Positions 56,114 through 64,000 of a stretch of 64,000 bases of DNA are shown piece after piece; the first letter of the stretch is position 1; each line of letters begins with the position of its first letter. Source of the DNA: Octopus vulgaris (taxonomy: Eukaryota); contig OX597832.1 of assembly GCA_951406725.2 (NCBI GenBank), positions 25,916,001 to 25,980,000 on the forward strand. The letters run 5' to 3'. Position numbers and translations under genes: made by a program. Under the pieces are notes generated by a model, which was not told where the DNA came from, ran no database searches, and worked only from the letters and a program-made list of their open reading frames with translations.

Positions 56114-56312
56114 TGTACAAATGTACAATAATTAAGCGTAATCACATCATCAGAGCTCATGTAGGAACCTGACAAGAGTAGTGTTCCAATAACCAAGGAA
56201 GATAAGTTATACTTCATTTAATGATAAAAGGAGTATTCCTGTATGTGAGTATAGCCAGTAATCACGTTACAATCTCCACTTAATGTTATTGGGCAAAATT
56301 AAAACCAAATCT

Positions 56313-56413
56313 ATGTTACGTAAGTTTCGATAAACGAACGTCATTTATTCAATATTTCATAGTTATGTAACATATATATAATAACGTTATCGTTCATTCA
56401 CCTCGTCAGACAT
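56313..56413 (-). ncRNA. Type I hammerhead ribozyme, intact core
   Basis: Minus strand ATGT-CTGACGA-GGTGAATGAACG...CGTTCGTTTATC-GAAA-CTTAC-GTA-ACAT. Stem II has 12 bp including G-U pairs. Confidence 0.8.
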
Positions 56414-56535
56414 CCTGATAGGAATTACGATCAATTTATGAAACGAAAAGCGACGTAGGACAAGGTTTCATCACTTCGTGGGCGTTTCAGCGACATGTAA
56501 TTAGACTAAACTTACATAATAATTTCCTCAACAAC

Positions 56536-56856
56536 AAATTCTATCGAGGTCGACTTTGCCTTTCACCATTCTGGGGTCGATAAATTAAGTACCAGTTGCG
56601 TACTGAGGTTTGATCTAATCGATTGGCCCCACTCCCCCAAAAATTTCAGGCCTTGTGTTTAGAGTAGAAAAGAATATTTCCTCAACAAAATAGGCGCAGG
56701 AGTGGCTGTGTGGTACGAAGCTTGCTTCCAAATGACATGGTTCGGGGTTCAGTCCCACTGCGTGGCACTTTGGGCAAGTGTCTTCTGCTATAGCCTTTGG
56801 CTGACCAAAACTTTGTGAGTGGATTTGGTAGAAAGAACCTGAAAGAAGCCCGTCGT
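56536..56856 (+). mobile_element. 5'-truncated SINE family A with TSD, followed by a SINE family B head
   Basis: TSD ATTTCCTCAACAA at 56522-56534 and 56676-56688; family B from ~56692. Confidence 0.85.
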
Positions 56857-57059
56857 GTATATATATATATGTATGTATGTGTGTGTGTATGTATGTATGT
56901 ATGTATGTATGTATAGGTGTGTGTATATTAATAGCCGAAATGCAATGACGGTCCGGTTCTTGACTGAAGATTATAGGCTATCGAATGACCCATCCGTTTT
57001 CGTATCATCTAATATGAATATTTGCGTTCTTGTCTATTTATATTTATATATATATATTT

Positions 57060-57209
<150 letters not shown>

Positions 57210-57720
57210 GAAACTGGAGAGAATATGCAATCGACAAACATCAGCCAGTAAACATTCAATTATATTTATTTATTAATTAATTACAAACATGTGTTTAAGT
57301 GATACAAGTAAAAGAATGAAACCAGCCAATAAATATGTAAACAGATATATGTATAGAAATAAATGAATAATAATAATAGACGAGTTTACAGATACACATG
57401 GAAGCAGATTTAAAATCAGTAAAATACTTCTTATAGTTCGAAACTTATTCCTCTCAGTGAAAGTTCAGGCGTTATTAATGACACGTTTGGCAAACATGGT
57501 CAGTTGAGAGGCGGTCAGTTTCGATAACAACAATAACCCGAAACCAATATAAAGAAGGGTGTATATTAACTAGCAATACGTTTCATTCACGCATTCCTCT
57601 CTCTCTCTCTTCCGCTATTTAACTCTCTCCCTTTCGATTCATCTCTGTATTTAATACATACGCGCATGTGTGTGGTGTATATACGTACGCACAGATACTC
57701 ATACGTATATATACACACAT

Positions 57721-57783
<63 letters not shown>

Positions 57784-57823
57784 ACCTATATATATGTATG
57801 TATATATATATATGTATATATAC

Positions 57824-57871
<48 letters not shown>

Positions 57872-58009
57872 TTTATATATATGTATATATATATATATAT
57901 ATACATATATATAATTATATGCCTATATATATATATATACACATATACACATATATCTGTATATATATGTGTATATATATATATACATATACATCTTTAT
58001 TTGTATATA

Positions 58010-58051
<42 letters not shown>

Positions 58052-58263
58052 CAACTTAGATGAATATGCCTATATGTATGCTGTATATGTGTGTATGTAT
58101 GTATGAACGTATATATATATGGCACATATACATATATAATATATACACATACCCTCACACATAAATGTGTGTGTGAAGATATATATATATACATATGTAA
58201 ATATTTATATACATATATATATGTGTGTGTGTATGTGTATATATATATATGTATATATATACA

Positions 58264-58366
<103 letters not shown>

Positions 58367-58629
58367 GAGTAGTATTACTACCACTGTATATACCACTCAA
58401 AATTTATTGCGGATTAAATATGTGTTCAAACATTTCATTATTCAAACACTTCATGTAACTTTCATTATGATTGATCCTTGACCATTCATAATAATAGAAG
58501 GAATTTGGAATCATTATTCGCAGACGGAAGCCATGAGGATTACTATTCTTTTGACAGAGAAGTAAGAGAATAGTGATTGAAGCCATGTTTTAAAATATAT
58601 GTATGAATACGAGTGATGTTACATATATC

Positions 58630-58886
58630 ATAAAGAGGAATGGAGAATTATACATCTTCAGAATTTGCTTCTTATTACATTAGTATTCTTATTAAATTCC
58701 AACCGGACACGTGTTTCTGTTTGTTAAGTGTCCTCATGTCTTTGGTGTAGTATTTATGTACATTCCGTTGATTTAGATGAACGTAGAACACTTAACCAAC
58801 AGAAACACGTGTCGGGTTGGAATTTAATGAGAGTAATACTGCAATAGAAAAATTCTAAAGATGCATACTTTTCCATTCCTCTTTAT
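58630..58886. repeat. Inverted repeat whose arms carry a hammerhead 3' half
   Basis: Arms 58630-58734 and 58785-58886. GAAAC-ACGT-GTC at 58802-58813 with its mirror at ~58706-58717. Confidence 0.85.
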
Positions 58887-59136
58887 AATGTCTTGGTTAT
58901 ATATCCTGGGTATTCTGTATGAAATACATTGAAGCGAACTCAGGAATTTACATATCAAATGAAATAACGTATAATTGTTTATCTTAAATAATTCTGTAAG
59001 TTCCCTATCATTCGATTTGGTTAACCAGATCTGGATTATATCAGAGTGCTAATAAAGTACTGGCTCGGATTCCAAATCTCTATTCCTTTACTTTATACGA
59101 AGTATATGTAATGCATATCTATGTATATATATATGC

Positions 59137-59238
<102 letters not shown>

Positions 59239-59572
59239 CTGCAACATGTTATATCCGATTTGGTCACTGTTCCGCCTTAAAAACAACAATACGTCTCACA
59301 TTTTTGTGTTTGCTTATTACTTTTTTTATTTTTTGGGTTAGATTTGATTTGGTTTCGCTTTGGAAATATACGCATCAGGCCAAAACCTTGATGGAAAATG
59401 AAAAAAACGATAAATCGTTAGCTACACGAAAACCATTACCACATGTCTAAGTTTACAAGAACCAAAACAAAAGGCATGTAAATAAAATATACCAGGTTTA
59501 GCTGTCACACTATCTATATGTGTGTATGAGTATATTCATATATGTATTTATATACGTGTGTGTGTGTGTGAG

Positions 59573-60168
59573 TATTTCTTATTTCTTTACTACACACAGA
59601 GGGGTCAAACAAGGACAGACAAACGGGTTAAGTCGATTATATCGACCCCAGTGCGTAACTGGTACTTATTTAATCGACCCCGAAAGAATGAAAGGCAAAG
59701 TTGACCTCGACGGAATTTGAACTCAGAACGTAGCGGCAGACGAAATACCTATTTCTTTACTACCCACAGGGGGCTAAACACAGAGAGGACAAACAAGGAC
59801 AGAAAAAAGGATTAAGTCGATTATATCGACCCCAGTTCGTAACTGGTACTTATTTAATCGACCCCGAAAGGATGAAAGGCAAAGTCGACCTCGACGGAAT
59901 TTGAACTCAAAACGTAGCGGCAGACGAAATACCTATTTCTTGATTACCCACAAGGGGCTAAACACAGAGAGGACAAAGAAGGACAGACAAACGGATTAAG
60001 TCGATTACATCGACCGCCAGTGAGTAACTGGTACTTATTTAATCGACCCCGAAAGGATGAAAGGCAAAGTCGACCTCGGTGGAATTTGAACTCAGAACGT
60101 AAAGACAAACGAAATACCGCTAAGCATTTCACCCGGCGTGCTAACGTTTCTGCCAGCTCGCCGCCTTA
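59573..60168 (-). mobile_element. SINE family A trimer
   Basis: One head and three bodies; junctions ...AAAGAAAT-AGGTATTTCGTC at ~59934 and ~59750. Confidence 0.92.
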
Positions 60169-60395
60169 ATATTACGTGGGTGTATTGCTATCCTCATCTA
60201 TTTTCTCACATGATTCATTTCTGTAGAAGGTTGTAGGCTCGAAACGTCAAAGATTTCTTCCATTTTTTCCTGAGCGTCAAACAGATACACCTTGTTTGTT
60301 GTTCTTTCTGCTGTCTCTACTTTTGTATACATTTTTGTACACTTTCGAACCATATATCTGTACTCATAGATGTGGGTGTGTATGTGTGATTGTGT

Positions 60396-60427
<32 letters not shown>

Positions 60428-60709
60428 ATGCATTTATATATACATATATATAAATATAATTATAATTTAAGGTATCTCAGAGATACCACCACGCTGGAAG
60501 GTAATAATTATTATTAAAATTATAATATAGGGTATGTAAGAGATACCACCAGCGTAGTGATATCTCTTAGATACCCTAAATTATAAATTGAAAAATAATT
60601 ATTACCTTTGAAGGTTTTTATTCCCATGCGGGCCACCTGATAAGATCGGTATTTAAATATCGATCTTATCCTTATTTATATAAATTTATATATATATACA
60701 TATATATAT

Positions 60710-61000
60710 GACGGGCTTCATTGCAGTCTCCGTATGACGAATAAGCGTTCTGCTTTTACTGACCGACCTGCACAAATGATTTCTTTATAGTGATCAAATG
60801 CAAGTGCTGCACATTAACTCTCTGCCTCCATCAAAGCGACGTTGTCTGAACAGGTGCACCCAGGTGTACCACGCGTCAGGTGTCGAAGCAACGTGAGAGG
60901 AAGTGTTTTGCTCAAAAACACAACGCACTACCCGATCTAGGAATTGAAATCACCATGTAGCGATCGTGCGTGCAACACCATAACCACTAGGTCATGCGCC
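60710..61000 (-). mobile_element. SINE family C copy
   Basis: GCAACGTGAGAGGAAGTGTTTTGCTCAAAAACACAACGC..CGATCGTG..TAACCACTAGGTCATGCGC. Confidence 0.75.
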
Positions 61001-61006
61001 CCATAC

Positions 61007-61120
<114 letters not shown>

Positions 61121-61247
61121 GCATATATATTTTTTTTTATATATTTACAAATATATTAGGTACATATATATATATATATATATATATATTAATACATATA
61201 TATGTATGTACATATATGTGTATGTGTGTATGTATATACACAAACAT

Positions 61248-61297
<50 letters not shown>

Positions 61298-61464
61298 CAT
61301 AAATATATATACATATATATATAATACATATATATATATATACTCATATATATATATGCGAACGGAGACATACATACATCTATATACATATATAACATAT
61401 ATATACACGTATGAATACATATACGTTCACTTACACATAAATATATATATATACACACGCACAC

Positions 61465-61598
61465 ACACATTTGTCTTCATATGATCCAACAATAGTTGTA
61501 TATAAGCACGTCTTCAGGTAAGTAGAGTCCGTTCTCCACTCACCTGAAGACGTGCTTATTCACAGCTATTGTTGGATCATATTAAGAGAAATATGTGT
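61465..61598. repeat. Hairpin with 6-nt loop carrying a hammerhead 5' core motif
   Basis: Arms 61465-61527 and 61534-61598; CTGAAGA at 61544-61550; embedded in (TA)n. Confidence 0.88.
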
Positions 61599-61608
61599 AT
61601 ATAGACAC

Positions 61609-61661
<53 letters not shown>

Positions 61662-61725
61662 TATATGCATATTTATACATATACATATATATTCACATAA
61701 ATATATACATATATACACATATATA

Positions 61726-61769
<44 letters not shown>

Positions 61770-62959
61770 TACATATGTACGCACACCCATATATATACGT
61801 ATATATATATATATGTTAAGGCATGTAAGTATAAATGTTATATATGATTTATATATATATATGTATATATATATACACCTATGCCTCAAAAATATAAGAC
61901 ATGATGGTCGTGCTCGGAATGCAGTTGATCCTAAGACTATTCAATTAAGTCCGACCTGAGTCTATGAGGCACCAGCAACTACCTTAATCCTTACATCATG
62001 TTTTTTTTTTCTTTTGGTGATTATCTGAACTCTTGGCTCAAATACTTGTTTCTTACTTAACCACACTGCCGTACCTTAGGTGCGAAGTGTGGTTTGACAC
62101 CAGTGGCAATGGTACTTGAATCGCACTTTATTTTGCTGACCCAGGAGGGAAGATAACGTCGATTTCGACGGTTTTTGAACTCAGAACGCAAGCACCAGAA
62201 CAGCAGGTTAAATATTAGTCTTTCGTTTAGGAAGAAAGGTACCACTTTTGAAGGGATCAACTATGTCAACACCTATCGATTCCAGTTGATTATTTTATCA
62301 CCTCCAAACGGAAATATCGTAAAGCTGATCTCGGCGTTATTTGAACTCAAAACTGAGAAAAAGAAACGGAATTGTAACGGTTCTTCGTTTCAGAATGAAA
62401 TCTAGCAACGAATCTACCAGCTCGGTATCTTAATTGAGCTTTTGATCACTGTTTCTTATCTGGGTTCAAGGTCAGCAATTTGATTGCAGGGTACCATTCG
62501 ATAACATCGATTGCGGAATTTGGCTGGGATTTAATTTTATCGGACTCCGGGGAGATGAAAGGAAAAAATTGAAATTTTCGTCGACGCCATTTGAAATGGC
62601 GGAACAAATATCGCAAAGCGTTTATTTTATTTATGTTGTTGGGTTTTTTTTTGTGGGGGTCAACGCTATAACAATTGTGCAAGCTCGTCCCCTTAATTTG
62701 TGTATCAAATACTTGTTTCAAATTTTGGTTCAAGTTCATTAATTTTAGGGAGAGAAGGATATTCGTTTATATAATCCCCAATGCCCAATTGTTTATTTTA
62801 TCGACTCTGAAAAGCAAAGTCGACCACGGTGGGATTTGAACTCCTATCGTAAAGAGCCGGAGTAAACGCCGTTAAATGTTTTATCCAGCAAGCTCGTCGC
62901 CTTTTGTGCATCAAAAACAGTATCTAGTGAATTTCTTTGAACAAAAAGTCCGGAGAACT

Positions 62960-63061
<102 letters not shown>

Positions 63062-63169
63062 CTCTGGTGGGGTTTACATATAAGTACACAAACATACACA
63101 CACACACATACACACACACTCAATCACACATGTAAAAACTCCGGAGTGATTTATACATGTATGTATATA

Positions 63170-63379
63170 CAGGGTGTGGCAGAAATACCTTCCACAGTTG
63201 AAAGGTTGACAAAAGGAAAGAGAAACAACATTTATGAAAAATTAATTTTACTGTTGTTTAAACAAAGGGTTACAGTTTTTTGTTTATTAGCTGAATGAAA
63301 ACATCATTGGCACTTGCATCAGTTTAACAGCAACACATAGGTGAAAGTTTAAAATGTGGGAAGTATTTCTGCCGCACCC

Positions 63380-63381
<2 letters not shown>
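63170..63381. mobile_element. Tc1/mariner-type MITE
   Basis: TIRs CAGGGTGTGGCAGAAATAC / GTATTTCTGCCGCACCCTG, with TA on both sides. Confidence 0.92.
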
Positions 63382-63420
<39 letters not shown>

Positions 63421-63574
63421 CTAATAAAGACTTGCATTGTGTCCTTTAAATAAATATTTATCCCTCAGTAGATAGAGTGCTTTTTTTTGTTGAATTTTCT
63501 GTCACGGAACAGCACATTATATATCTATGTGTGAGTATGTGCGTGTGTGTATGTGCGTTTGTGTGCGTAGAAGA

Positions 63575-63609
<35 letters not shown>

Positions 63610-64000
63610 TGTATGTATGTATGTATGTATGTATGTATGTATGCATTACTAACCTATCAAATCTGCAAGTAGGTTTCGAATCTCTAATTCTTTTGGCAAA
63701 ACAAAAATACTTTGTATTTACATTAAAACATTGTGTTTCTGTGCAAGTGTAAGCAAAACGAATAGGAATTCGCCCTTAACCAAAAAAAGTTATCTTAGAG
63801 GAAAATATTCCTTTCTATTATGGGCACAAGGTCTGGAATTTTGAGGGAGGGAGTGAGTAAGTGGAGTACAGCGTTCCCAATACTAAGCTGGTATTTTATC
63901 GACCCCGAAGGGATGAAAGGCAATTCCACCCGCCCCCCTAAGATACATGACAATGAAATATAAAAACTTGAGGGGTACACTGCGTTCGCGACTCGGGTAA

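Overview
AT-rich, microsatellite-saturated animal genomic DNA, inferred to be an octopus-type cephalopod from its SINE families. It is almost entirely non-coding. The only host-gene candidate is an open frame at 2-226 (+) with an LRR C-terminal-cap-like motif. The rest is simple repeats, about four tRNA-derived SINE families, decayed LINEs (Dong/R4-like, Tx1-like ORF1, possible RTE/CR1), a decayed Penelope-like RT and several Tc1/mariner relics and MITEs. Nearly all ORF-track entries are translations of microsatellites or SINEs. The strongest unexplained signal is a dispersed set of short cassettes between (TA)n/(CA)n tracts. These carry type I hammerhead ribozyme folds with unrelated stem sequences, a long stem II, a palindromic stem III and a recurrent U-U pair closing stem II. 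The best examples are at about 9.8, 36.1, 42.9 and 56.3 kb. They co-occur with many fold-back inverted duplications, which suggests a non-autonomous Penelope/retrozyme-like system. A second signal is a SINE that appears to insert into its own family at a fixed internal site. All folds and alignments were done by eye; no searches were run.
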